A stretch of 24,000 nt of DNA from Streptococcus mitis (GCF_047465045.1 NZ_JASHAR010000001.1:87758-111757), one strand, 5' to 3'. Numbered from the stretch's first letter, positions 8,430 to 17,236 are shown. The notes: a model not told the origin generated them from the letters alone. Program-made: numbers and translations.

Positions 8430-9365
8430 ATGATTACAACAGTACCTATAAAAAACGCAAAAGACATCGCAGTACCTGATAAAACAGTTCTTGTATTAGG
8501 CTATTTTGACGGTATTCATAAGGGACATCAGAAGCTTTTTGAAGTAGCTAGCAAGGCTTCTATGAAAGATTATCTACCAGTTGTCGTGATGACCTTTACA
8601 GAGTCCCCTAAGCTTGCTTTGCAACCTTACAAGCCAGAATTAATGCTTCATATTGTCAGCCATGAAGAACGAGAACATAAGATGAAATGGCATGGAGTAG
8701 AGGCTCTTTTCTTACTTGACTTTAGTAGTAAATTTGCTAGTTTAACGGGTCAAGAGTTCTTTGATACTTATGTTAGAGCATTAAAACCAGCGATTATTGT
8801 AGCGGGATTTGATTACACGTTTGGTTCTGATAAGAAAACTGCAGATGATCTGAAGGACTACTTTGATGGAGAAATCATCATTGTTCCTCCTGTTGAGGAT
8901 GAAAAGGGGAAAATTAGTTCTACTCGTATTCGTCAAGCTATTCTTGATGGGGATGTCAGAGAAGCTGGTCATTTACTTGGCACTCCTCTACCATCACGCG
9001 GAATGGTTGTTCATGGCAATGCTCGTGGACGGACTATCGGTTACCCAACAGCAAACTTAGTTTTAAGAGATCGAACCTATATGCCAGCAGATGGTGTTTA
9101 CGTAGTCGATATTGAAGTTCAGCGTAAAAGATATCGTGGAATGGCGAGTGTCGGGAAAAATGTTACTTTCGATGGAGAAGAGCCACGTTTTGAAGTCAAT
9201 ATTTTTGATTTTTCAGATGACATTTACGGTGAAACAGTCATTGTCTACTGGCTGGACCGTGTCCGTGAAATGGTCAAATTTGACTCCGTTGATGAACTGG
9301 TAGACCAACTCCAGAAAGATGAAGAAATTGCTCGGAATTGGAAGGATGGATATTCTGTCATTTAA
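8430..9365 (+). CDS. ribF: Bifunctional riboflavin kinase / FMN adenylyltransferase
   Basis: N-terminal GYFDGIHKGHQ adenylyltransferase motif and a C-terminal riboflavin kinase block (GRTIGYPTANL, FEVNIFDF). 311 aa. Confidence 0.9.
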   Translation: MITTVPIKNAKDIAVPDKTVLVLGYFDGIHKGHQKLFEVASKASMKDYLPVVVMTFTESPKLALQPYKPELMLHIVSHEEREHKMKWHGVEALFLLDFSSKFASLTGQEFFDTYVRALKPAIIVAGFDYTFGSDKKTADDLKDYFDGEIIIVPPVEDEKGKISSTRIRQAILDGDVREAGHLLGTPLPSRGMVVHGNARGRTIGYPTANLVLRDRTYMPADGVYVVDIEVQRKRYRGMASVGKNVTFDGEEPRFEVNIFDFSDDIYGETVIVYWLDRVREMVKFDSVDELVDQLQKDEEIARNWKDGYSVI

Positions 9366-9516
9366 AGGTCTCAGGTATAGAAAACGTCTGAAAAAGCTAC
9401 TAGATGGATTAGTTATTTTGGTAGTAGTTTTGATAGTTTGATACAAAGCACTTTCAGTCCTCCTAGTTTCCTATTTTAGTAACTGTTTATGTTCAAATTA
9501 TAGACGAGGCTTTATT

Positions 9517-10290
9517 ATGCAAACGCAAGAAGAAATGAATGTACTGGTACCTGAAAAATTAGCAGAAATTGAGCGTGATTTCGATGTCACAGTTTTGTGG
9601 GCTATTGAGTCTGGTAGTCGTGCTTGGGGCTTTGAGTCTCCCGATAGTGACTTTGATGTACGATTTATCTACAAACACAAGCAAGATTTTTATCTCCGTT
9701 TGAATGAACAGCGCGATGTTATCGAACTACCAATTGACGATACTTGGGATGTGAGTGGCTGGGATTTAGACAAGACTTTAAAACTTTTTTATAAGTCTAA
9801 TCCTACACTATTTGAATGGTTACAGTCACCAATTGTTTATCAACAAACGGATTTTATCGAGCACATACGTCCACTTGCAACCCAGTATTTTTCTGAGAAA
9901 AAAATGCCGTACCATTACTTGAACACTGCAAGAACTCAAATGAATAAGTATCTTTCAGGAGATAAGGTCAAACCTAAAAAGTATTTCTATGCGCTGCGTC
10001 CTATTTTGGCTTGTCGCTGGATTGAAAAATACCATTCTGTTCCACCGATTTTGTTTGATGATTTGGTCAAAGAATTACTTCCGTCTCAAATGCAGGAGCA
10101 TGTTTCAAGCTTGCTAGACATTAAGATAAATGGGCCTGAAGGTATGGAAATTGATCCGATAATGCCAATCCAGCACTACATCATCAAAAACATCAAAGAG
10201 CTGGATGCATACGTTCAAAGTGTTACCGAGGTGAAGAAAGACTGGAAAGCTCTAAATCAATTTTTTCTTGAAGAATTAGGGCATGACTGA
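9517..10290 (+). CDS. Pol-beta-superfamily nucleotidyltransferase (COG3541 / PF10127 RlaP-like, by eye)
   Basis: GSRAWGFESPDSDFDVRFIY gives the G-S ... D-x-D minimal nucleotidyltransferase signature. A helical C-terminal region follows. 257 aa. Confidence 0.6.
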   Translation: MQTQEEMNVLVPEKLAEIERDFDVTVLWAIESGSRAWGFESPDSDFDVRFIYKHKQDFYLRLNEQRDVIELPIDDTWDVSGWDLDKTLKLFYKSNPTLFEWLQSPIVYQQTDFIEHIRPLATQYFSEKKMPYHYLNTARTQMNKYLSGDKVKPKKYFYALRPILACRWIEKYHSVPPILFDDLVKELLPSQMQEHVSSLLDIKINGPEGMEIDPIMPIQHYIIKNIKELDAYVQSVTEVKKDWKALNQFFLEELGHD

Positions 10291-10298
10291 GGTTGTTT

Positions 10299-11351
10299 AT
10301 GGGTAAATGGACATGTAAATGCGGGCAAGCGATGAACGACCATAGGTCGCCCGATTCAAATGCTTATTCAGTTTACTCGGATGAGTTGTTAGTAGAAATC
10401 ATGAATAAAAAAGATGGTAATGATTCAATTTCTTATGAAGACATTTCAGAGGCTTCATTTTATATGTGGAAGTGTCCTGAATGCGGTAGTTTCATGGTTT
10501 TTGGCGAAGACGGAGATGGAGATCGCTTTACTTTTTATGAACGCCAAGAAGTTGAAAAGGTCGAGCCTCTCTTTGATCCGGATCAAGATTTAAATATCGT
10601 TGTTGTTGAGTTTCAGGAGGGAGCAAATGGCTATACTTATATCTGCGATGACCCAAATATCCATATTGGGCATGCAGTTATTGTCCCAGTAGGAAAGGAA
10701 AATACTGAAAAAACTGCTTTAGTTGTGCAGAAGTATCATGCCTTACCAAAGGATATCACTTTTCCTGTTGAAAAGTTAAAACGTGTCATCCGTAGGTATT
10801 CACATTTCGACCCAATCACTTCGAAAAACGTTTGTAGAAATTTAATTAAGCTTAGAAGAATTTTTGATGCTTGCTCTAATAACAATAAACCTGCGCCTCA
10901 GCAAACATATTACGTTATCAAAACTCCCTTAGGCTATTTTTGGTTAGAATTAAATGGAGTTCCGATTACAATGAAAATCACACAGATTCAAGTCAAAGAT
11001 AAAAAGTACCAAGTAGATAGCGCCCTTTATATAAAGCCTTCAGAGATTAACTGTAGAAGATTCTATGAACTAGAGTTGTGTGCTGATTTTGATATTGATG
11101 CCTCGAGATGGATCGATGTTCTCTCGGATGAAAACGTTTGGGGCAATAGCTGGGAACTAAATGGCCTTCAATTTGGTATTACTGCAGGGGAGTCTCCAGA
11201 ATTTGAAGACGAAGTTGTAGCAAGAAAGTATAGTCGTGTCCCACTTTATTATGACTGGCACCCTGAATTTGAAGATTATTATGGATTCAGCTTAGCTTGG
11301 AAAAAATACGAATCTGATAGCGATTTGTCGATAGATTTTTATACAACATAA
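10299..11351 (+). CDS. Uncharacterised multidomain protein with an N-terminal CxC...CxxC zinc-ribbon-like motif
   Basis: CKC (residues 6-8 from ATG 10299) and CPEC about 55 aa later. ATG 10299 has a GAGG 6 nt upstream that overlaps the nucleotidyltransferase stop codon. The ORF-track TTG start at 10293 is less likely. I recognise no family for the rest. Confidence 0.55.
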   Translation: MGKWTCKCGQAMNDHRSPDSNAYSVYSDELLVEIMNKKDGNDSISYEDISEASFYMWKCPECGSFMVFGEDGDGDRFTFYERQEVEKVEPLFDPDQDLNIVVVEFQEGANGYTYICDDPNIHIGHAVIVPVGKENTEKTALVVQKYHALPKDITFPVEKLKRVIRRYSHFDPITSKNVCRNLIKLRRIFDACSNNNKPAPQQTYYVIKTPLGYFWLELNGVPITMKITQIQVKDKKYQVDSALYIKPSEINCRRFYELELCADFDIDASRWIDVLSDENVWGNSWELNGLQFGITAGESPEFEDEVVARKYSRVPLYYDWHPEFEDYYGFSLAWKKYESDSDLSIDFYTT

Positions 11352-11401
11352 GAAAGTTATAAAACATCAAAAATGACATCTTACTATAGACTATTTAATA
11401 A

Positions 11402-11457
11402 AAAACGAACAGGCTCTTTTTCTGTCATTCAGAAGAGAACTTGTTCGTTTTGTTTTT
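11402..11457. terminator. Bidirectional terminator between convergent genes
   Basis: aaaacgaaca (11402-11411) pairs with tgttcgtttt (11442-11451), with imperfect inner pairing. An A-run lies upstream and a T-run downstream. Confidence 0.6.
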
Positions 11458-11476
11458 TATGGATTTAGTTTGCTTT

Positions 11477-12292
11477 TTAAAACACGCGATACACATAGGG
11501 ATTTTCTGGTTTATCGACCTTGGTAAAGCTGTCGATTTCCAAGGTTGGGAGGTTTTGTTTGAGTTCTTTATGATAGTGATTGACTAATTTTCCTTTGGCT
11601 GTTATCCAGGTGTTATTCTCATACTGACGGGTATTTCCCTTGGTCAGCAATCCATAGACACCTGAATCCGCGATACAGTGAATAATGCCGAAGCGGAATA
11701 GAAATTGGCTATTGGCATGACTGGGGTCGTTATAGACAAAGCCTGTGAACTGGACTGTCTTGCCCTCAAATTCATCTGGATAGTCGTAGATAGCCTCCAT
11801 GACTTCCATATAGTTTTCATTAGTGATCTGAATACTATCTTGGGACAAGTATTTATCCGCCGCAGTTCGCATTTCCTTTTCATAGGCTGATTTTGAAAAA
11901 TAAGAACTGGTATCTGGTTTCAAATATTGGCTTGTTGTCCCTTCACTTGTCTGAATGGCTTGATCCGTGCCTTCTGATAAGGGGAAATGATAGCCTTTGG
12001 CTGAAACGGTCTGAGAATCCAAGCTAACAGTTGGAAAAGTTAAGCCAACGACAATTGGAATGGCAAGAAGAGCAACACTCGTCACCTTAGCCATTCGGCT
12101 GTTCAGATGGCTATGGGTTTTGACTTGCTTCATCCAGATATACAATTGAACAATAGCCAAGATAAAGGAAAGTACCATGGAAATATAGGCCAGATAGGAA
12201 TAGTGCATGTTGATGTACTGGTTTAATTTGCCCGACAGATGGAGATAAATAGTCAATTCAAAATAGCCAGCTAAAACTAAAAATCGAATCAT
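11477..12292 (-). CDS. TIGR03943-family membrane protein (two-component permease complex subunit, SMU_746c-like)
   Basis: Two N-terminal TM helices. The C-terminal domain carries IIHCIADSG, matching the family's conserved C-x-x-D block. It overlaps the upstream permease by 4 nt. Confidence 0.7.
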   Translation of the reverse strand: MIRFLVLAGYFELTIYLHLSGKLNQYINMHYSYLAYISMVLSFILAIVQLYIWMKQVKTHSHLNSRMAKVTSVALLAIPIVVGLTFPTVSLDSQTVSAKGYHFPLSEGTDQAIQTSEGTTSQYLKPDTSSYFSKSAYEKEMRTAADKYLSQDSIQITNENYMEVMEAIYDYPDEFEGKTVQFTGFVYNDPSHANSQFLFRFGIIHCIADSGVYGLLTKGNTRQYENNTWITAKGKLVNHYHKELKQNLPTLEIDSFTKVDKPENPYVYRVF

Positions 12293-13194
12293 AGGATGAC
12301 TCCAATCAAGAGAGAATACACTAAGACGACAAGAGTCACAATCATAATGAAGTGACTGATAAATCGTGCTTTCAAGTAATTTTTCATCATGAGAATATTT
12401 TTGATATCCAGCATTGGGCCAATGACGAGAAAGGCCAAAACTGGTGCTAAGCCGAAACTCGATAGAAGAGAAGCCCCGATAAAGGCATCCGCCTCACTAC
12501 AGAGCGACAGAAGAAAGGCCAAAAGCATCAAAAGCAGGATGGCAAAAAGAGGGGTTGCGCTGATAGAGGTTAGAATCCGAGTCGGAACATAAACCTGTAT
12601 AACAGAGGCAAAGAGACAGCCAAATACCAAATAACGCCCCGTATCAAAAAATTCATCAATGGCTTGCACAAAAACTTGAAAAACTTTTTTTGCAGGACTC
12701 AAATGAGAAAAATCGTGCTCATGACAGGCCAAACGATTTTCTTTTTGAATCGGTTCTTGCCAGAAAAATCCTAGAAAAATCCCAAGTATCACAGCCACAA
12801 GAATGGACCCTAGAGCTCGTAACAGGGCGACGTGGAATGAGTTTCCAAAGGCAGAATAGGTCGCAAAGAGAACAATAGGATTGATAACAGGTGCTGTTAC
12901 AAGAAAGGGAAAAGCCGTATAACTGGGAACCTTTTTTTCCAGAAAACGATTGATAATGGGGACAATCCCACATTCACAAGAAGGGAAAAGTATCCCAACG
13001 AAGGTGCCAAAAAAGATTCTCCCCCAACGATTTCGAGGGAGAAAATGATAAACCTTTTCAGGTGTGATATAAACCTCAATCAGTCCTGAAACAATACTTC
13101 CTATCAGAACGAAGGGTAGGGCTTCAATAATTATAGAGAGAAAAATAGCCCCAGTCTGAAGCACACTAGACGGGAGTTGTTGGAAAGCAGTCAT
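12289..13194 (-). CDS. Permease of the PF03773 (ArsP_1/DUF318) type (SMU_747c-like)
   Basis: 301 aa polytopic membrane protein with the characteristic FPSCECGIVPI motif. Paired with the TIGR03943 gene. Confidence 0.75.
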   Translation of the reverse strand: MTAFQQLPSSVLQTGAIFLSIIIEALPFVLIGSIVSGLIEVYITPEKVYHFLPRNRWGRIFFGTFVGILFPSCECGIVPIINRFLEKKVPSYTAFPFLVTAPVINPIVLFATYSAFGNSFHVALLRALGSILVAVILGIFLGFFWQEPIQKENRLACHEHDFSHLSPAKKVFQVFVQAIDEFFDTGRYLVFGCLFASVIQVYVPTRILTSISATPLFAILLLMLLAFLLSLCSEADAFIGASLLSSFGLAPVLAFLVIGPMLDIKNILMMKNYLKARFISHFIMIVTLVVLVYSLLIGVIL

Positions 13195-13326
13195 CTAGTT
13201 TTTCTTTTCTGCTTTGGCTTTTTTCTCTTTGTCATCAGGGAAAGTGACTTGTTTCAAATCAGGGAGTTTAGCAAACTCTTCAAACATCTTGTCCAAGTCA
13301 TCAGTTTTTGTAAATTTTACAGCCAT
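13195..13326 (-). CDS. Unannotated 43-aa hydrophilic small protein, first gene of the permease operon
   Basis: My own translation of the minus strand gives MAVKFTKTDDLDKMFEEFAKLPDLKQVTFPDDKEKKAKAEKKN. RBS gaggtg sits 5 nt upstream. The TAG stop directly abuts the permease ATG. It falls below the ORF-track length cutoff. Confidence 0.5.
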   Translation of the reverse strand: MAVKFTKTDDLDKMFEEFAKLPDLKQVTFPDDKEKKAKAEKKN

Positions 13327-13478
13327 AGGTGCACCTCGATTCTAAATTCTACTTCTATTATACTATTATTTTAAGGAAAAGGGAAAAGTTAAAATTGAGT
13401 ATCTAACGAATAATAGAGCGTGATATATCCTAATATACACTATGATTGTGATATAATAATTTTGGAATAACGGAGGGA

Positions 13479-13862
13479 ATGATGGAACATAAAAAGATCG
13501 GTCAGGTTACTGACGAAGTAAAAGAAATTTTTAATATTGTTCTTGAAGCTAGTGATATCAAAGTTAACAAAGAAGGTTTAAGAAGTCATATGTTGAAACG
13601 GCATCATAATGACGTGATTCATCATATCGAAGATCTGGAACTTATACTAAGTAATCCAGATTTCGTTGGGGTCAATCCACGAGAGAAAGATGCTAGTTTT
13701 GAATATGTTAAAAGATTTGATGATAATGTTCTTGTTGCGATTAAGTTACATAAAAGTGGTGATTTCTTTTATGTTCCGACCATGTATCGTTTACAAGATT
13801 TCAAGTTACAAAGTCGTATTAAGTCTGGTAGATTGAGAAAGCTTGACAAAAAAAGTAGATAG
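13479..13862 (+). CDS. Small PBECR-like (phage-Barnase-EndoU-ColicinE5/D-RelE-like) putative nuclease
   Basis: 127 aa with RBS ggaggg. The layout (H-rich helix ..HMLKRHHNDVIHHIEDL.. then ILSNPDFVGVNPREKDASFEYVKRFDDNVLVAIKL...YVPTMYRL) resembles small PBECR-type proteins as I recall them. This is a by-eye call only. Confidence 0.35.
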   Translation: MMEHKKIGQVTDEVKEIFNIVLEASDIKVNKEGLRSHMLKRHHNDVIHHIEDLELILSNPDFVGVNPREKDASFEYVKRFDDNVLVAIKLHKSGDFFYVPTMYRLQDFKLQSRIKSGRLRKLDKKSR

Positions 13863-13871
13863 TGCTAGAAT
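13843..13871 (+). promoter_or_regulatory. Near-consensus promoter embedded in the 3' end of the preceding CDS
   Basis: TTGACA (13843-13848), 17-nt spacer, TAGAAT (13866-13871). Confidence 0.55.
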
Positions 13872-13877
13872 AACATT

Positions 13878-14001
13878 AACGAAAGACATTTGAGGGCAGA
13901 AAGGTTCCTGCCGCACCTTGAATAAGGTATCTGAGATGCTGGGTACACCGACCAGCCAAGTGTCCGTTATTTCAAAGGAGGGGCTTAAATGCTCCTTTTT
14001 T
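13878..14001 (+). ncRNA. Candidate ~120-nt RNA or 5' leader of unknown class
   Basis: Lies downstream of the 13843-13871 promoter. Short hairpins at 13895-13912, 13915-13928 and 13938-13956. It ends in aaaggag/ctccttt (13974-13998) plus a T-run, and that stem contains an AAGGAGG. I could not match it to any riboswitch or sRNA family I know. Confidence 0.25.
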
Positions 14002-14271
14002 ATTTGAAATTTCAAGATAGATTACACTCACTGCAGGCTCAGGCTTGCGATTTTTTATTTGCTCTGAAAATTGATTCGTTAACTTCAACAAATAGCTTTA
14101 TAAAGCGGTTTGTAAAAAATAAAAACAGTGAAATTACTCATAGATTCTTTTGTAATCTAGTAGAATTTTAAATTGAAACCTTCTCAATAAATAGAATATT
14201 GAAATGAAGCAAATTTATTCACCAACTTATGTTTTAAAATTGTAAGAGATAATTTGAATAAGATTGGCTTA

Positions 14272-14280
14272 TGGTATAAT
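14272..14280 (+). promoter_or_regulatory. Extended -10 (TGgTATAAT) placed 6 nt before the tex ATG; leaderless configuration
   Basis: TATAAT at 14275-14280, agattc, ATG at 14287. There is no Shine-Dalgarno sequence. Confidence 0.5.
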
Positions 14281-14286
14281 AGATTC

Positions 14287-16416
14287 ATGGATAAAAAATA
14301 TGAAAAAATCTCCCAGGATTTGGGAGTGACGTTAAAGCAAATTGATACCGTTCTAAGTTTAACAGCTGAAGGGGCGACGATTCCCTTTATCGCGCGTTAT
14401 CGCAAGGACATGACTGGTAGTCTGGACGAGGTGGCGATTAAGGCCATTATTGATTTGGATAAAAGTCTGACCAGCCTCAACGACCGTAAGGAAGCTGTCT
14501 TGGCTAAGATTCAAGAACAAGGCAAGCTGACCAAGGAATTGGAGGAAGCTATCTTAGCTGCCGAAAAATTAGCTGACGTAGAAGAACTCTACCTTCCTTA
14601 CAAGGAAAAACGTCGAACCAAGGCAACTATTGCCCGTGAAGCCGGACTCTTTCCGCTTGCTCGCTTGATTTTGCAGAATGTAACTGACTTAGAGAAGGAA
14701 GCTGAAAAGTTCGTCTGTGAAGGATTTGTGACTGGTAAGGAGGCCTTGGGTGGTGCAGTTGATATCTTGGTCGAAGCCTTATCGGAAGATGTGACCTTGC
14801 GTTCCATGACTTATCAGGAAGTTCTGAGACACTCTAAACTCACTTCTCAAGTCAAGGATGAAAGTCTTGATGAAAAGCAGGTTTTTCAAATTTACTATGA
14901 TTTTTCAGAGACAGTTGGAAATATGCAGGGTTATCGTACCTTAGCCCTTAATCGTGGGGAGAAGCTAGGTGTCTTGAAGGTCGGTTTTGAACATGCAACG
15001 GACCGCATTCTTACCTTCTTTGCAGCTCGTTTCAAGGTAAAAAATACCTATATTGATGAAGTTGTTCAACAGTCAGTTAAGAAAAAAGTTTTGCCTGCTA
15101 TCGAGCGACGTATTCGGACAGAATTGACTGAGAAAGCAGAAGAAGGGGCTATCCAACTCTTTTCGGACAATCTGCGCAATCTTCTCTTGGTTGCTCCGCT
15201 GAAAGGGCGCATGGTTCTTGGGTTTGACCCAGCCTTTCGTACAGGTGCCAAGCTAGCTGTCGTGGATGCAACAGGAAAAATGCTGACAACTCAGGTCATT
15301 TATCCTGTCAAACCAGCATCAGCTCGTCAAATCGAAGAAGCTAAGAAAGATCTGGCAGACTTGATTGGTCAATACGGCGTGGAAATCATTGCCATCGGAA
15401 ATGGTACTGCTAGTCGTGAAAGTGAAGCCTTTGTGGCGGAAGTTCTTAAAGATTTCCCTGAAGTCAGCTATGTTATCGTCAATGAAAGTGGTGCTTCTGT
15501 CTATTCTGCTAGTGAATTAGCTCGTCAGGAGTTTCCAGACTTGACCGTTGAAAAACGCTCTGCTATTTCTATCGCCCGTCGTTTACAAGATCCCCTTGCG
15601 GAATTGGTCAAAATCGATCCTAAGTCAATTGGGGTCGGTCAGTACCAGCACGATGTCAGCCAGAAGAAATTGTCTGAAAGTTTGGACTTTGTCGTCGATA
15701 CAGTGGTAAACCAAGTCGGTGTCAATGTCAATACGGCCAGCCCAGCTCTACTTTCACACGTAGCTGGACTCAACAAAACTATCTCTGAAAATATTGTCAA
15801 ATACCGTGAAGAAGAAGGGAAAATCATTTCACGCGCCCAAATCAAGAAAGTTCCTCGTCTGGGAGCCAAGGCCTTTGAACAGGCTGCTGGTTTCCTTCGT
15901 ATCCCTGAAAGTAGCAATATCCTTGATAATACAGGAGTTCACCCAGAAAATTACTCTGCCGTTAAGGAACTCTTCAAACGTTTAGATATTAAAGACCTAA
16001 ACGAAGAAGCCCAAAGCAAACTCAAGTCGATTTCAGTCAAAGATATGGCGCAAGAGCTAGACCTTGGTCCAGAAACTCTTAAAGATATCATTGCCGATCT
16101 TCTCAAACCAGGTCGAGATTTCCGTGATTCCTTTGACGCACCTGTGCTTCGTCAAGATGTCTTGGATATTAAAGACTTAAAAGTCGGCCAGAAGCTGGAA
16201 GGTGTTGTGCGTAACGTCGTTGACTTCGGTGCATTCGTTGATATCGGGATTCACGAGGACGGCTTGATTCATATTTCCCATATGAGTCGCAAATTTATTA
16301 AACACCCAAGCCAAGTGGTGTCCGTCGGAGATTTGGTAACAGTTTGGGTTAAGAAAATCGATACTGAACGTGAAAAAGTCAATCTGTCGCTCCTCGCTCC
16401 AAATGAAACTGACTGA
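14287..16416 (+). CDS. tex: Tex-like transcription accessory protein (S1 RNA-binding domain)
   Basis: N-terminal [16 protein letters not shown], a central YqgF/RuvX-like region and HhH regions, and a C-terminal S1 domain ([16 protein letters not shown]...GLIHIS). I place the start at the first in-frame ATG (14287) rather than the ORF-track TTG at 14254. Confidence 0.9.
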   Translation: MDKKYEKISQDLGVTLKQIDTVLSLTAEGATIPFIARYRKDMTGSLDEVAIKAIIDLDKSLTSLNDRKEAVLAKIQEQGKLTKELEEAILAAEKLADVEELYLPYKEKRRTKATIAREAGLFPLARLILQNVTDLEKEAEKFVCEGFVTGKEALGGAVDILVEALSEDVTLRSMTYQEVLRHSKLTSQVKDESLDEKQVFQIYYDFSETVGNMQGYRTLALNRGEKLGVLKVGFEHATDRILTFFAARFKVKNTYIDEVVQQSVKKKVLPAIERRIRTELTEKAEEGAIQLFSDNLRNLLLVAPLKGRMVLGFDPAFRTGAKLAVVDATGKMLTTQVIYPVKPASARQIEEAKKDLADLIGQYGVEIIAIGNGTASRESEAFVAEVLKDFPEVSYVIVNESGASVYSASELARQEFPDLTVEKRSAISIARRLQDPLAELVKIDPKSIGVGQYQHDVSQKKLSESLDFVVDTVVNQVGVNVNTASPALLSHVAGLNKTISENIVKYREEEGKIISRAQIKKVPRLGAKAFEQAAGFLRIPESSNILDNTGVHPENYSAVKELFKRLDIKDLNEEAQSKLKSISVKDMAQELDLGPETLKDIIADLLKPGRDFRDSFDAPVLRQDVLDIKDLKVGQKLEGVVRNVVDFGAFVDIGIHEDGLIHISHMSRKFIKHPSQVVSVGDLVTVWVKKIDTEREKVNLSLLAPNETD

Positions 16417-16852
16417 TTATGTTAAGCAGGTTTCACTAGAAGACTTCGGCAGACCTTTTATCCATCATGTCCAGTGGAATAGGCGTCTACGTTCGACAGG
16501 TGGGCGTTTTTTCCCTAAAGATGGGCATTTAGATTTTAACCCTAAGGTTTATCAAGAACTGGGTTTGGATGTTTTTAGGAAAATTGTCCGACATGAACTC
16601 TGTCATTATCACCTCTATTTTCAAGGGAAGGGCTATCAACACAAGGATCGGGATTTTAAGGAACTGTTGAAAGCAGTGGATGGATTACGCTTTGTACCCT
16701 CCTTGACAAATAGCCACTCTAAACCACTCAAACTCTATCGTTGTCAATCCTGCCAGCAAAGGTATCAGCGTAAGCGAAAGATTGATACCAAACGCTATCG
16801 CTGTGGAGTTTGTAGAGGTAAATTGCTACTAATAAATCAGCCTGAGGACTGA
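16403..16852 (+). CDS. SprT-like zinc metalloprotease-domain protein
   Basis: HELCHYH (HExxH) and a C-terminal Cys4 ribbon (CQSCQ...CGVCRG). I place the start at ATG 16403 (MKLTDYV...), which overlaps the tex 3' end. The ORF-track GTG at 16370 is less likely. Confidence 0.8.
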   Translation: MKLTDYVKQVSLEDFGRPFIHHVQWNRRLRSTGGRFFPKDGHLDFNPKVYQELGLDVFRKIVRHELCHYHLYFQGKGYQHKDRDFKELLKAVDGLRFVPSLTNSHSKPLKLYRCQSCQQRYQRKRKIDTKRYRCGVCRGKLLLINQPED

Positions 16853-16910
16853 TGAAAGCCGAGCCTACCCGTGATATACTGTGTCTAACCTAGTAGAAAG
16901 AGGAAAAATC

Positions 16911-17183
16911 ATGAACAGTAAATTTTATAAAATGAGACGAAATCGCATGATTTCAGGAGTTCTGGCAGGTCTGTCAGATAAGTGGAACTTTGATGTTACC
17001 CTTGTTCGTTTCTTGTTTGCCATTTTTACAGTTGCAAACTTTGGACTTGGCGTGATTATCTATATCATCCTAGCTTCTGTCATGCCGACTAAGGAAGAAA
17101 TCGAAGCAGAAATGTATGGAACAGGCCCACGCAAACGCAAGGAAGCCCAAGCCATTGACGATAATGAAGGCTGGTTTTGGTGA
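16911..17183 (+). CDS. PspC-domain membrane protein
   Basis: RNRMISGVLAGLSDKWNFDVTLVRFLF PspC motif followed by one TM helix. ATG 16911 has RBS agaggaaa. A TGaTATACT -10 lies at 16872-16880. Confidence 0.8.
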   Translation: MNSKFYKMRRNRMISGVLAGLSDKWNFDVTLVRFLFAIFTVANFGLGVIIYIILASVMPTKEEIEAEMYGTGPRKRKEAQAIDDNEGWFW

Positions 17184-17199
17184 GGTAAATAATGAAATA

Positions 17200-17232
17200 A
17201 GCTTTGTTTTATAAAAGACAAGGCTTTTTTTT
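17200..17232 (+). terminator. Rho-independent terminator after the pspC-like gene
   Basis: agctttgtttt-ataa-aaagacaaggct stem (11 pairs including G-U) followed by a run of 8 T. Confidence 0.7.
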
Positions 17233-17236
17233 CATC

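Noticed and set aside
9400-9450. Short reiterated tagtt/agtttgat words in the ribF-nucleotidyltransferase spacer.
   Set aside because: The copies are only 5-8 nt and imperfect, with no consistent spacing. That is insufficient to call iterons or an operator.
13177-13374. ORF-track + strand ORF of 65 aa.
   Set aside because: It has no RBS and low-complexity F/L-rich translation. It is antisense to the better-supported 43-aa minus-strand ORF (13195-13326) and to the permease start.
13806-14015. Minus-strand 69-aa ORF across the candidate RNA region.
   Set aside because: It has no RBS or promoter and overlaps the 3' end of the + strand CDS. It is probably a chance frame in AT-rich DNA.
13989-14171. 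60-aa + strand ORF with a very good SD (AAGGAGG).
   Set aside because: This is not fully rejected. The peptide has no recognisable features, its first codons are the T-run of a terminator-like hairpin, and a second hairpin plus T-run (about 14031-14055) lies inside it. I treat the SD as part of an RNA structure and describe the ambiguity in the 13843-14171 finding instead of calling a CDS.
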